Source: Chloroflexota bacterium
GTDB taxonomy: Bacteria > Chloroflexota > UBA11872 > VXNJ01
Assembly: GCA_965261345.1 (NCBI GenBank)
Contig: OZ253449.1
Location: 928,001 to 992,000, forward strand
DNA: 64,000 bases
Reading direction: 5' to 3'
The position numbers and the translations under genes were made by a program. The notes under the pieces are model-generated. The model did not search any database and was not told the origin of the DNA. It was given only the letters and a program-made list of their open reading frames with translations. Positions 38,276 through 48,335 of the stretch are shown here, one piece after another; the first letter of the stretch is position 1, and every line of letters begins with the position of its first letter.

Positions 38276-39774
38276 GAGATCAACCGGGGGCGGTTGGATC
38301 GGTGACCGGAGCGGTTGATTTGGCCCCGGCCGCCTGGGCCGCCAAACGCTTTCTGGAGCAGCAACTGCTGTCGGCTTTTGCCGGCTACGGCTACCAGGGT
38401 ATTGGCGTCCCGCTGCTGGAATACTCCGAACTCTACGAGCGCAAGGCCGGCGCCCGCGTGGTCGCCCAACTGCTGCCGATTCCCGACCACGCCGGAAGGC
38501 AAATCTGCCTGCGGCCGGAATTTACGGCTTCGGTGGTACGGGCCTGGGCCGGCGGCGGCGGCGGCCTGCCGGCCCGCTTGATGTATTCGGGGCCGGCCTT
38601 TAGGCGGCGCGAGCAGAGGTCGGCTCCGCCGGATCAATTCACCGAGACCGGCGCCGAACTTATCGGCGTGCCGGGGCCAATTGGCGACGCCGAGATCATT
38701 TCCATGGCCTGTGCGACCCTTGACCAGGTCGAGGTCTGGGAGCGGCGAATAGTCCTCGGCCACCTAGGGGTCCTAGGCCATTTGTTCTCCGATCTGGGAC
38801 TGTCGCTGCGCGCGCGCACTCTGCTGCTGGAGGGGCTCGCCGACATCCGCCGCCCCGGCGGCGGCATCGCCTCCGCGCGGCGGCGGGCGCTGGACCGCTA
38901 CCGCGGACTGGCCCCTTCCTCACCGAGCGGACCGGCCAGTGGCCTCGACCGCCAACAGCTGGGGGATTTGGCCGATTCGATCTCCGGTGGCATCGCCGGC
39001 TTCGGCGGGGTTCGCAGCCGCGAACAGATCGTCGCCCGATTGGCGACCAAGCTCGAACGCGGCGACGAGAGCGCCCAACTGGAATCGGCATTCGATCTCC
39101 TGGGCAGTCTGAGTCAATGCCGTGGTCCGGTGCGCAAGGCCTTGACCGATACCACCAATCTGCTCGCCCAACGCGGGCTCGCCAGCGGACCGCTGGCCGA
39201 ACTTGCCCAGCTGCTCAATCTGCTAGAGGACGAAGGGTTAGATCTTGGCCCGTTCGAATTCGATCCGGTCCTGGGGCGCGGCCTACAGTACTACACCGGC
39301 CTAGTATTTGAGATTTTTGCCCCGCAGGAGAGTGGTTGGGTGCAAATTTGCGGCGGCGGTCGTTACGACGATCTGTTGGCTGCGATCGCTCCCGCCGGCC
39401 CGGCCCCGGCGGTGGGCTTGAGCTTTCGCATCGAACGCTTGTTGGAGGCCGGGGGCCAGCGCCTGGCCGCAGCCGGGGAGCGCTCGCCCGCCGACGTGAT
39501 AGTGATCGCGCGAGTCGGTTGCGAAGGCGCCGCCCTAGCTTTGGCCAAGAGCCTGCGCAAGTCTTGGCTGCGCACCGTCACGGGAACCGACGACACCGAC
39601 TTGGCGTCCGTGCTCAAAAGAGCCAAAAATCAGTCGATCGCGGTCGCGGTGCGGCAATCGGTTCCGCCCTCCCAATCGGTGACGGTCTGGGACCTGGCGG
39701 GCGGGCGCGAGAACGTCTTGGACCAGCAGGAATTGCCGGCGGCGATTTTTGACATCATCGGCCAGCAAGCGTGA
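38272..39774 (+). CDS. HisZ/HisS-like protein (probable ATP-PRT regulatory subunit)
   Basis: LRPEFTAS, GRGLQYYTGLVFE, GGGRYD; degenerate motif 2; GTGA overlap with hisG. Confidence 0.8.
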   Translation: MRDQPGAVGSVTGAVDLAPAAWAAKRFLEQQLLSAFAGYGYQGIGVPLLEYSELYERKAGARVVAQLLPIPDHAGRQICLRPEFTASVVRAWAGGGGGLPARLMYSGPAFRRREQRSAPPDQFTETGAELIGVPGPIGDAEIISMACATLDQVEVWERRIVLGHLGVLGHLFSDLGLSLRARTLLLEGLADIRRPGGGIASARRRALDRYRGLAPSSPSGPASGLDRQQLGDLADSISGGIAGFGGVRSREQIVARLATKLERGDESAQLESAFDLLGSLSQCRGPVRKALTDTTNLLAQRGLASGPLAELAQLLNLLEDEGLDLGPFEFDPVLGRGLQYYTGLVFEIFAPQESGWVQICGGGRYDDLLAAIAPAGPAPAVGLSFRIERLLEAGGQRLAAAGERSPADVIVIARVGCEGAALALAKSLRKSWLRTVTGTDDTDLASVLKRAKNQSIAVAVRQSVPPSQSVTVWDLAGGRENVLDQQELPAAIFDIIGQQA

Positions 39775-40787
39775 ACGGGGCAGAACTGGATTTTTCGCTT
39801 CCCGGAAAGGGCCGGATCGGCGAACAGACCCTGGCCATGCTGGCCGAATGCGGCCTGGCGCTATCGGTTCGCAGCCCGCGCAGTTACTCCGGTTCGATAC
39901 CGGCCCTGCCCGGCCTGGTCGCCCACTTGCAAAGGGCCAGCGACATCGTCGAACAGGTCCGCTCGGGCAACGCCGACATCGGTATAACCGGGCGTGACAT
40001 CCTGGCCGAGTCGGGAGCTGACGAATCGGAAATCATCACTCTGATGGATGACCTGGGTTATTCGCGGGCAAGACTGGTAATCGCCGTTCCGGACGCCTGG
40101 TTCGACGTGGTGGCGATGGCCGATCTGGCCGAAGTCGCGCTCGATCTGCGCATCCAGGGCCGGGCGCTGCGGGTGGCAACATCATTTCCCGCGCTCACCC
40201 GGAAGTTCCTAATTGCCAGCGGCGTGTACAACCTGCGGGTGGTGACCACCTCGGGTAGCGTCGAGGCCGCGCCGGGACTTGGTTCGGCCGACATCATCTG
40301 CGATATCGTCCAGACCGGGTCGGCGCTCTCCCAGAATCGCCTCCGCGCCCTTCCCGACGGGCAGGTCATGCAATCGGCGGCCTGCCTGATCGGCAACACC
40401 GTGGCGCTGCAGGGCAGCGCCCGCAAGCGCCAGATCACCGGTCGCCTGCTTGAATATCTTGAGGCTCACATGGCCGCCGATCAGGCGTATACGATCACTG
40501 CCAACATCTGCGGCGACTCCGAGCGGGCGATTGCCCGTTTCATCCTCGACGATCTCGATTTGGCCGGAATCAAGGGTCCGACCGTGGCCCCCGTGTATGA
40601 CAAAAACGGACAGGGCGGATGGTATGCAATCACCGTAACGATAGCCCGTGACCGATTAGTCGACGCGGTCGCCCATTTGCGGTCGGCCGGCGCGGTCTCG
40701 ATCCTGGCCCGCCGGGTGGATTACGCGTTCGCCGCCTCATGCCGGGCCCAGGTGGCGATGCTGGACAAGCTGGGGGTCGGCGACTGA
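39771..40787 (+). CDS. hisG: ATP phosphoribosyltransferase, long form
   Basis: LPGKGR, ADIGITG.D, GSVEAAP, DIVQTG, plus C-terminal GPTVAP regulatory domain. Confidence 0.93.
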   Translation: MNGAELDFSLPGKGRIGEQTLAMLAECGLALSVRSPRSYSGSIPALPGLVAHLQRASDIVEQVRSGNADIGITGRDILAESGADESEIITLMDDLGYSRARLVIAVPDAWFDVVAMADLAEVALDLRIQGRALRVATSFPALTRKFLIASGVYNLRVVTTSGSVEAAPGLGSADIICDIVQTGSALSQNRLRALPDGQVMQSAACLIGNTVALQGSARKRQITGRLLEYLEAHMAADQAYTITANICGDSERAIARFILDDLDLAGIKGPTVAPVYDKNGQGGWYAITVTIARDRLVDAVAHLRSAGAVSILARRVDYAFAASCRAQVAMLDKLGVGD

Positions 40788-42109
40788 AGGATTTGCCGAT
40801 CGTTTACGGCGCGGCCAAGATCGCCGCTGACCTGCTGCGGCGCCGGCCAATTACCCAGGTCGCGCTAAGCGACGAGCAACAGCGGGTTATGCGGCCGGTT
40901 TTTGGCAGCGATTTGAGCGCTCCGGAATTCGTGTCCCGGGTGTTTGCGGAAATATCCGCCACCGGGCCGGTCGGGCTAAAAAGGATAAGTCGCGCCCTGG
41001 GGATGGCGTTCCCCACCCCGCTGCAAGTTGATCAGCCGCGGATCGCCGCCGCACGGGACGGGCTCAGCCGACAGACCCGCAATGACCTGGAATTGGCGGC
41101 CCGGCGGATCAGGGATTTCTACGAGGCAACCATGCCGACGCTGGAGCCGGTCGGTACTGACAACTGCTACCAGGTAATGAGGCCAGTCGCCGCGGCCGGA
41201 ATCTACGCACCCGGCGGTCGCGCGGCCTACCCCTCATCGCTGCTAATGACGGTCATTCCGGCTTCGGTCGCTGGTGTTGGCAGCATCTTCGTTGCCTCGC
41301 CACCTGGTCCTGACGGAGAAGTTAGCCCGATCGTTTTGGCGGCGGCGGCGCTGGCCGGGATTGAGACCGTGTACGCCTTGGGCGGTGCCCAGGCGATTGC
41401 GGCCATGGCCCTCGGGATTGCGCCGGTGCCGCGCGCCGATGTCGTTTCCGGCCCAGGAAATGCCTTCGTCGTATTGGCCCTGCGGCAAGCGGTCGGGTTG
41501 ACCGGAATAGCAACCCTGCCCGGTCCCACCGAGACGCTGATCATCGCCGACCGGAGCGCCGACCCCGGCCACCTGGCGGCTGACCTGTTGGCCCAAGCCG
41601 AACACGATCCGATGGCCAGCCCGCTGCTGCTGCTCGATTGCCGCGATTTGGCGTTGGCAACCGCCGAGCGGATCTCCCGCCAGCTTGCAACCCTCCCGCG
41701 CCGCGAGATCGCCGCTAGCGCACTTAGCAACAACGGCGGAATCGGGGTGCTGGACGAGTTGGCGGAGGCGGTTGATCTGGCCAATTCCTTCGCTCCCGAG
41801 CACCTCTGCCTGGTCGGCCCGGGGGCCGAGGCACTGGCCGAATCGATCAATTCCGCCGGCGGCGTGTTCGTCGGCGACCAATCGCCCGAAGTACTGGGCG
41901 ACTACCTGGCGGGACCCTCGCATGTGATGCCGGTTGGGGGCACCGCCCGCTACGCCTCGCCGGTCAGCGTTTACGACTTCCTGAAACGGACCAATTATTT
42001 CAAGTTGACGCAACGGCAAGCGCGCGGCCTTGCTCCGGCGGCGGCCCGCCTGGCCGAACTCGAGGGACTTAGCGGCCACGCCCGCGCTGCCCGGCTGCGC
42101 CTTCGCTGA
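40784..42109 (+). CDS. hisD: Histidinol dehydrogenase; start uncertain
   Basis: YAPGGRAAYPSS, GPGN, GPTE, QAEHD, APEHL, GDYLAGPSH. Confidence 0.93.
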   Translation: MKDLPIVYGAAKIAADLLRRRPITQVALSDEQQRVMRPVFGSDLSAPEFVSRVFAEISATGPVGLKRISRALGMAFPTPLQVDQPRIAAARDGLSRQTRNDLELAARRIRDFYEATMPTLEPVGTDNCYQVMRPVAAAGIYAPGGRAAYPSSLLMTVIPASVAGVGSIFVASPPGPDGEVSPIVLAAAALAGIETVYALGGAQAIAAMALGIAPVPRADVVSGPGNAFVVLALRQAVGLTGIATLPGPTETLIIADRSADPGHLAADLLAQAEHDPMASPLLLLDCRDLALATAERISRQLATLPRREIAASALSNNGGIGVLDELAEAVDLANSFAPEHLCLVGPGAEALAESINSAGGVFVGDQSPEVLGDYLAGPSHVMPVGGTARYASPVSVYDFLKRTNYFKLTQRQARGLAPAAARLAELEGLSGHARAARLRLR

Positions 42110-42259
42110 CTCGCTAAGAATGCTCGGTAACCGGAAAATATTGATGCCGGGCCCGGGCGGATTGGATACTTTGCCAGAGTGGTTCTGCGTCTTTTTGTAA
42201 AACCGCAGCGCTGAACCGGTCGGTCATCCACCAAGGACACGGAAGGCAAGCAGGCAACA

Positions 42260-42853
42260 ATGCGCAGCGGCACGGCCGAGCGGGAGACCGCCGAAACCCA
42301 GATCTCGGTCCGGCTCGATATTGACGGGACGGGCGAATGCGACATTGCCAGCGGGATCCGGTTCTTCGATCACATGCTGGCCCAACTTGCCAAGCACGGC
42401 CTTATCGACCTACAACTGCACGCTCGCGGCGACATTGAAATCGATGGTCACCATACCGTCGAAGACTGTGGCATCGTGCTGGGCCGCGCCCTCGCCCAGG
42501 CCCTGGGCGAGCGGACCGGCATCACTCGCATGGGTGACGCCTGCGTTCCGCTCGATGACGCCCTGGCCCAGGTAGTTGTGGATATTTCGGGTCGCGGGTA
42601 CCTGGCGTTCGATGCCAAATTTGACAATCACCGAGTCGGTGACCTCGACACTCAATTAATCCACGAGTTTCTATATGCGCTGGCCATAAATGCCGGATTG
42701 ACCCTGCACGTCAAGCTGCTTGCCGGTCACAATGACCATCACCGGGCCGAGGCGATGTTCAAAGCCTTAGCCCGAGCCCTGCGGCAGGCGATGGACCTCG
42801 ACGCTCGGCGGGCCGGCCAGGTGCCATCGACCAAGGGAACCTTGGCCGACTAA
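42260..42853 (+). CDS. hisB: Imidazoleglycerol-phosphate dehydratase
   Basis: FFDHML, HHTVED, NDHH..EA.FKA, PSTKG. Confidence 0.97.
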   Translation: MRSGTAERETAETQISVRLDIDGTGECDIASGIRFFDHMLAQLAKHGLIDLQLHARGDIEIDGHHTVEDCGIVLGRALAQALGERTGITRMGDACVPLDDALAQVVVDISGRGYLAFDAKFDNHRVGDLDTQLIHEFLYALAINAGLTLHVKLLAGHNDHHRAEAMFKALARALRQAMDLDARRAGQVPSTKGTLAD

Positions 42854-42876
42854 TTACGAACCGCAAGGCAACCCCC

Positions 42877-43716
42877 ATGCTCATCGGACTGCTGCACGCC
42901 TCGCCGGAACACGCCCGTCTTCCCGGCGCTCGCCAAATCGGTGCCGCGTTGACCGCGGCCGGTTACCGTACCTGGAAGGGGCTGGTTAACGAGCTTGGAG
43001 AATGCCAGGACTCGATCTCCGAATCGGACCTACTCATCTGCCTTGGTGGAGATGGGGCCATGCTGCGGGTCGGATTGGCGGCGGCGGCGGCGGCGGTTCC
43101 CTGTCTTGGAATCAACTTCGGGCGATTGGGGTTCTTGACCGAGTTCGAAGCCAGCGATTTCCTCGGGAAAATCTCCACGATCGATTTTTCGGAGGGCTGG
43201 ATCGAAAAGCGGCTGCTGCTGGACTGGTCGCAGATACGCGACGGCCGGTTGGTCGACAGCGGCCGCGCTCTAAATGACGTAGTTGCCGCGCGCGGAGCGG
43301 TCGCCCGGTTGATCGACGTACTGGTGCGCATCGACCAGGTTGAGGTCCTGGGCTACCGCGCCGACGGGATACTGGTGGCAACCCCGACCGGTACAACTGC
43401 CTATTCCATGGCGCTGCACAGTTCGATCGTTCATCCGGCAGCCGAGGTGATCGCGATATCGCCGATTTGTCCATTCCGGGATGCGGCCAATGGCCTGGTG
43501 GTCGACGCCGGCGCGCGCATCGAAATCGAGGTCACCGGGTTTTCCGAAGCCTGGCTCACGATTGATGGGTCCAACCTGCACCGGCTGCACGACGGCGACC
43601 AGGTCGCCTGTCAGCGCAGCAGCCAAACGGTTCAGTTCCTGCGGTTCGGACCGGCCGATTATTTTTATCGCGATTTGGCCGACCGCCTGCAGCTATCGCC
43701 GCCCAAACAAAGCTGA
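42877..43716 (+). CDS. nadK: NAD kinase
   Basis: LGGDG, GRLGFL, ALND, ADG..VATPTGTTAY. Confidence 0.93.
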   Translation: MLIGLLHASPEHARLPGARQIGAALTAAGYRTWKGLVNELGECQDSISESDLLICLGGDGAMLRVGLAAAAAAVPCLGINFGRLGFLTEFEASDFLGKISTIDFSEGWIEKRLLLDWSQIRDGRLVDSGRALNDVVAARGAVARLIDVLVRIDQVEVLGYRADGILVATPTGTTAYSMALHSSIVHPAAEVIAISPICPFRDAANGLVVDAGARIEIEVTGFSEAWLTIDGSNLHRLHDGDQVACQRSSQTVQFLRFGPADYFYRDLADRLQLSPPKQS

Positions 43717-45440
43717 TGCTCTCCCGCCTCAGGCTGGGCCAATTCGCGCTGGTCGAACACCTTGAGATAGATCTCTGCGGCGGTCTGAACGTGTTTACTG
43801 GCGATACCGGTGCCGGCAAATCGATCATCGTCAATGCGATTGCCCTGCTCGGCGGTTTTCGCGCCGACAGCGGTTGGGTACGCAGCGGATCCGGTTCAGC
43901 TTTCGTCGAAGGCATTTTCGAACTGGAAACCGGTCACCCGGCCTGGGAGCATCTGCGCCCCCTGGGGATAGAGCCCGAATCCGGCGAACTTATCGTTCGG
44001 CGCGAGATATCGATCCACGGCCGCTCCAACATACGCCTAAACGGTCGAACCGTGCCGCTCAGGGAGCTGACCGCGATCGGTCCCCGACTGGTCGAAGTCA
44101 ACGGCCAGAACCAGCAGTTGGAGCTCCTCCAGCCCAGTGCTCAGCGTCGCTATCTGGATCAATTCGGCAATTCCCACCAACTGTTGGCCGCCTACCGCCG
44201 GCAGCTTGCCACGCTAACCCAGCAACAGGCCGAACTGGATCGATTGGGATCTGACAGCGACCAGCGTGCGCGGGAGATCGACCTGCTCACCTACCAGACC
44301 GAGGAGATCTCCGCGGCGGAGCTGGAAATTGGCCAGGACCAGGCGGTGCTAGATGGGTTGGAGGCGCTCAGCAACCAGGAAACACTCAGCGAACTGGCAA
44401 GCGACGCGCTGGAACGGCTCACCGGACCCGGTGGGGCCGGCAATCGGCTGGCGGCAGTAGTCGGGCAACTGCAGCGCCTGGGCCGACTTAGCCCGGGCCA
44501 GACGCACCTGGCCGAGCAGCTGCTGGCGGCCCAGGAAATCGCCGACGGAATCGCAGCTGAGCTGGCCGGGTACCTTGACCAACTTGAAGATGACCCTGCG
44601 CTTTTGGAGGAGCTGACCGCCCGGATGCGGCTCATCGACGACCTAAAGCACAAGTACGGGCCCAACATCAGCGACATCCTCGCCAGCGGCGAAGCGGCGG
44701 CCGAACGGTTGCTCGAACTCTCCCAGGCTGACCGGAAGGTCGGCGAGCTTGACGCCCGGATCGCCGAAAGCACCCAGGAGCTGTCCAAACGGGCCGCCGC
44801 ACTCTCGGACCGGCGCAGGCTCGCAGCGACCGCGCTGGAGGCCAAAGTCACCCAGAACCTGGAGCAACTGGGCCTGGCGCGCGCGCAATTTAAGGTGCAT
44901 CTAAAACAGATCGCCGAGTCGCGCGGCGGGGTCGTCGGTTATTCGTCCTCAGGGGCAGATGCCGTCAATTTTCAACTGGCGGCCAATCCGGGCGAACCGC
45001 CACGGGCGCTCGGTGATGTGGCATCGGGCGGCGAGATTTCGCGGATCATGCTTGCGCTGCGCTGCGCGCTGCTGGATCGGCGTCTGCCGGCGGCGGTCGT
45101 TTTCGACGAGATTGATGCGGGAGTCGGCGCCCGCCGCGGTATGGTCCTCGGATTCAAGCTCTGGCAGCTGGGCCGACAGGGCCAGGTGATTTGCGTTACT
45201 CATCTGCCGCAGATTCCCGCTTTTGCAGGGCGTCATTTTCTGGTGGCCAAATCAGAATCTAAGGGACGTAGCCAGGTCGCCGTGCAGGTCCTTAATGAAC
45301 CCGCCGCGCGGGCGGAGATCGCCGCCATGGTGGGTAGCGCGGGGGCACACGACTCGGTCACCGAAATCCTCCACCGCGCGCGCCAGCTTTGTCGCCAGCA
45401 CACTCTGCCAGAACCGATCGAGCGGGTCGGCTTGGTCTAG
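43716..45440 (+). CDS. recN: DNA repair protein RecN
   Basis: TGDTGAGKS, ASGGEISR, FDEIDAG, VTHLPQ. Confidence 0.96.
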   Translation: MLSRLRLGQFALVEHLEIDLCGGLNVFTGDTGAGKSIIVNAIALLGGFRADSGWVRSGSGSAFVEGIFELETGHPAWEHLRPLGIEPESGELIVRREISIHGRSNIRLNGRTVPLRELTAIGPRLVEVNGQNQQLELLQPSAQRRYLDQFGNSHQLLAAYRRQLATLTQQQAELDRLGSDSDQRAREIDLLTYQTEEISAAELEIGQDQAVLDGLEALSNQETLSELASDALERLTGPGGAGNRLAAVVGQLQRLGRLSPGQTHLAEQLLAAQEIADGIAAELAGYLDQLEDDPALLEELTARMRLIDDLKHKYGPNISDILASGEAAAERLLELSQADRKVGELDARIAESTQELSKRAAALSDRRRLAATALEAKVTQNLEQLGLARAQFKVHLKQIAESRGGVVGYSSSGADAVNFQLAANPGEPPRALGDVASGGEISRIMLALRCALLDRRLPAAVVFDEIDAGVGARRGMVLGFKLWQLGRQGQVICVTHLPQIPAFAGRHFLVAKSESKGRSQVAVQVLNEPAARAEIAAMVGSAGAHDSVTEILHRARQLCRQHTLPEPIERVGLV

Positions 45441-45562
45441 GCCGGAGTTCGGGCCGGACCTGCCATTTGGCACCGAATCGGATTATTCGGCGGCGCCAGC
45501 GGTCAAATCGAGATAGCCCTTAAGGTGAGAATTTGTCCACCAGCAGAGCAGAAAGCACACCA

Positions 45563-46927
45563 ATGCCACAAGGCCCCAACGTCGTTGTGCTCATCGCCGA
45601 CGACCATCGCCACGACTGCCTGGGGAGCGCCGGGCACCGCCAGGTCAAAACCCCGCAGTTGGATCGCCTGGCCAATGCCGGGACGCGGTTTAGCCGGGCC
45701 TACATGCAGGGGTCGACCGCCGGCGCGGTTTGTATGCCTTCGCGGGCCATGCTAATGACCGGGGCGGGGTTGTTCAACGTGTTCGCCGAAGGCCAGGACG
45801 ATCCCGGTTACTACCCGATTCGCGATGATCTCCCGTTGCTGCCCCAGTTGCTGGCCGAGGCCGGATATCAAACCCATGGGATCGGCAAATGGCACAACGG
45901 GCGCGAGAGCTTTACCCGTGGATTCCAGGGCGGGGCCCGGATCATGTTCGGCGGGATGTCCGATCACGATGCGGTTCCGGTCCACGACTTTGACCCCAGC
46001 GGCCTCTACCCGCCCGAGGACTCCTATGAAGCCGAGGGATTCTCATCGGAAATCTGGGCTGAATCGGCGGTCGAATTCATCAATACCCGGGACCGCCAGC
46101 GGCCGTTCTTCCTGTATGTGGCATTTACCGCGCCGCACGACCCCCGCACCCCGCCGCCGTCCTGGCGCGAGATGTATCCGCCTGCGGAGATCGAGCTGCC
46201 CGGCAACTTTGCCAAGGCCCATCAATTTGATCTGGGGATCCAGGATATCCGCGACGAGCACCTGGCCGATCAGCCGCGGCGCGAGTTTGAGGTGCAGCGC
46301 CACATTGCCGAGTACTACGGGATGATCTCGCACCTGGACCACTGCGTTGGACAGATCCTTGACGCAATCAACAGCCAGGGACTGGCGGAAGAGACGATCA
46401 CCGTCTATACCGCCGATCACGGCCTCTCGGTCGGGCAGCACGGACTTTTAGGCAAACAGAATCTCTACGACCACAGCATGCGGGTCCCACTGATCATGCG
46501 CGGGCCCGGCATCGCCCAAGGGTCCACCTGCCCAAGTCTTTGCTACCAACACGATTTGAACCCCACATTGCTCGAACTTGCCGGCGCACCGGTCCCCGAG
46601 CACTGCGATTTCACAAGCTTGGCGGCGGCGCTACGCGACCCCACGGCAATCGTTCACCAAAAGGTCTTTGCCTCCATGCAACTGGAGCGCAGCCCTAACC
46701 CGGAAATCCCGCACCTGCGGATGATTCGGCGCGGCGACCACAAATTGATCCGGACGGCTCACTCCGGGATCGAGCACTGGCAACTCTTCAATCTTGTCCG
46801 CGATCCGCTGGAAACCCAGAATCTGGCCGATCAACCGACCTGGTCTAAGGAATTTGCTAGCTTGCGGCAAGAACTGGCTGCATCCCTGGTTGATGCCGGC
46901 GATCCGCTGGCCCTATCACCCGGCTAA
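45563..46927 (+). CDS. Sulfatase (formylglycine type)
   Basis: ADD, CMPSRAMLMTG, GKWH, ADHG, GKQNLY. Confidence 0.93.
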   Translation: MPQGPNVVVLIADDHRHDCLGSAGHRQVKTPQLDRLANAGTRFSRAYMQGSTAGAVCMPSRAMLMTGAGLFNVFAEGQDDPGYYPIRDDLPLLPQLLAEAGYQTHGIGKWHNGRESFTRGFQGGARIMFGGMSDHDAVPVHDFDPSGLYPPEDSYEAEGFSSEIWAESAVEFINTRDRQRPFFLYVAFTAPHDPRTPPPSWREMYPPAEIELPGNFAKAHQFDLGIQDIRDEHLADQPRREFEVQRHIAEYYGMISHLDHCVGQILDAINSQGLAEETITVYTADHGLSVGQHGLLGKQNLYDHSMRVPLIMRGPGIAQGSTCPSLCYQHDLNPTLLELAGAPVPEHCDFTSLAAALRDPTAIVHQKVFASMQLERSPNPEIPHLRMIRRGDHKLIRTAHSGIEHWQLFNLVRDPLETQNLADQPTWSKEFASLRQELAASLVDAGDPLALSPG

Positions 46928-46982
46928 TTCGCCGGACCGGCGAGGGCCGAACTAGACTCGAAAACGTTGGCGGCATGGCACG

Positions 46983-48335
46983 GTGGGGGACTGGCTGGCG
47001 CAATCGGCTCCTTACCCAGAACGCGGCTCAGCGCTTTTCGATCTCATCGACCGAACGGCTGGGCGGGCGCGCTTAATCGCGATGGTCGCCGGCCTTCCGA
47101 CGACCATCGCGGCGATGCTGGCCGCGGGCGGTCTGGCTGCCGCCCTGGCCCGAAGCGGTCCGTCCTGGTTGGCCCCGTTAACGATCGGACTTGGCATCGT
47201 GGGGCCAACCGCCTGGCTGTGGTACAAAACCCGGCAGAAACCGGCCGTTATCGATCTGGCCCGACGGTTGGACCGGGCCAACCAGACAAACGAACTGCTC
47301 TCGTCGGCGATTGCCGCCCGCAACGCAAGTTCAACGATGCTCCCGGAGGTCCGGCGGCAGGCCGAACTTGCCGCCCGACAGCTGCCGGCGTCCTCAATCG
47401 GACACCTGCGTCCCGCCCCCGCCGGCGGCGCCGGCCTGGGCGCCGCTTTGGTCCTTTTCGGGTTGCTAACCAGCCTGCAAGTGGACCCCGGCAGATCCGC
47501 TGCCCCCACCCCGGCCCCGTCGAACTCGAGTCCGCTGGCAACCGATGTGTTGCCCAACCAGAAGGACCAGATGCGGTCGGCGGCTCAGCAGCTGCGCACG
47601 GCGCTCGATCCATACGCCCTTGAGCGGGCCGAAACACTCGGCCGGATCGCCGAAACCCTGGTCGACGAACCAATTACCCGCAGCGCCGGGCGGGCGCTGG
47701 CGGGCGGCGACCTTGACGCCGCCAGCGCAGAGTTGGCAAAGCTCGCCGACGCCATCGGCGAACTCAACCCCAGCGAGCGCGCCGCCCTGCAAGCAGCCCT
47801 GGCCAGCGCCAGCGCCAGCGCCGGGTCCGATCCACTGCTTACGCAACCGTTGCTATCCGCCATCGAAGGGCTAGAGCAGCACCGACTGGGATCGGCCGCG
47901 GCCGGACTGGACGAGCTGGCTGCGGCCCTAACCGGCGCCGCCCAGCAAATGGCCGCCCAGGAATCATTGCAATCGCGACTGCAGGACCTAGATGACCAGC
48001 TCAATCTAAGCGACCCGGTCGCCGCCCCGGGCGGCGACCCGACCACTGGCGGGCGGGCCCCCGGTTCCGGTCCCGGCCTGGCCGCCCCGGGCGTTGGTTC
48101 GATCGTCCGGATTTCGGCCGCTGGAGTGTTGGAGATCGTGCCCCTGGCGGCAGAATCCGAACCGGCAAGAATCGAGCGCCGGCAACTGCAGCCCGGGATC
48201 GAGAAGCAGCCGGACCGCAATCCGTCGGCCGGAGTGTTCGGGTTCGCCCAGCCAGGACCGGCGCCGCGCAGCCCCAATTCGCCGGAAGAGCGCGCTTTGC
48301 TGCAGTCCTACTATGCGGATCCAGATGCAACCTAG
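46983..48335 (+). CDS. Membrane protein with helical/coiled-coil tail, first gene of the MoxR operon
   Basis: TM segments plus Ala/Leu-rich helices; overlaps the moxR start. Confidence 0.65.
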   Translation: MGDWLAQSAPYPERGSALFDLIDRTAGRARLIAMVAGLPTTIAAMLAAGGLAAALARSGPSWLAPLTIGLGIVGPTAWLWYKTRQKPAVIDLARRLDRANQTNELLSSAIAARNASSTMLPEVRRQAELAARQLPASSIGHLRPAPAGGAGLGAALVLFGLLTSLQVDPGRSAAPTPAPSNSSPLATDVLPNQKDQMRSAAQQLRTALDPYALERAETLGRIAETLVDEPITRSAGRALAGGDLDAASAELAKLADAIGELNPSERAALQAALASASASAGSDPLLTQPLLSAIEGLEQHRLGSAAAGLDELAAALTGAAQQMAAQESLQSRLQDLDDQLNLSDPVAAPGGDPTTGGRAPGSGPGLAAPGVGSIVRISAAGVLEIVPLAAESEPARIERRQLQPGIEKQPDRNPSAGVFGFAQPGPAPRSPNSPEERALLQSYYADPDAT

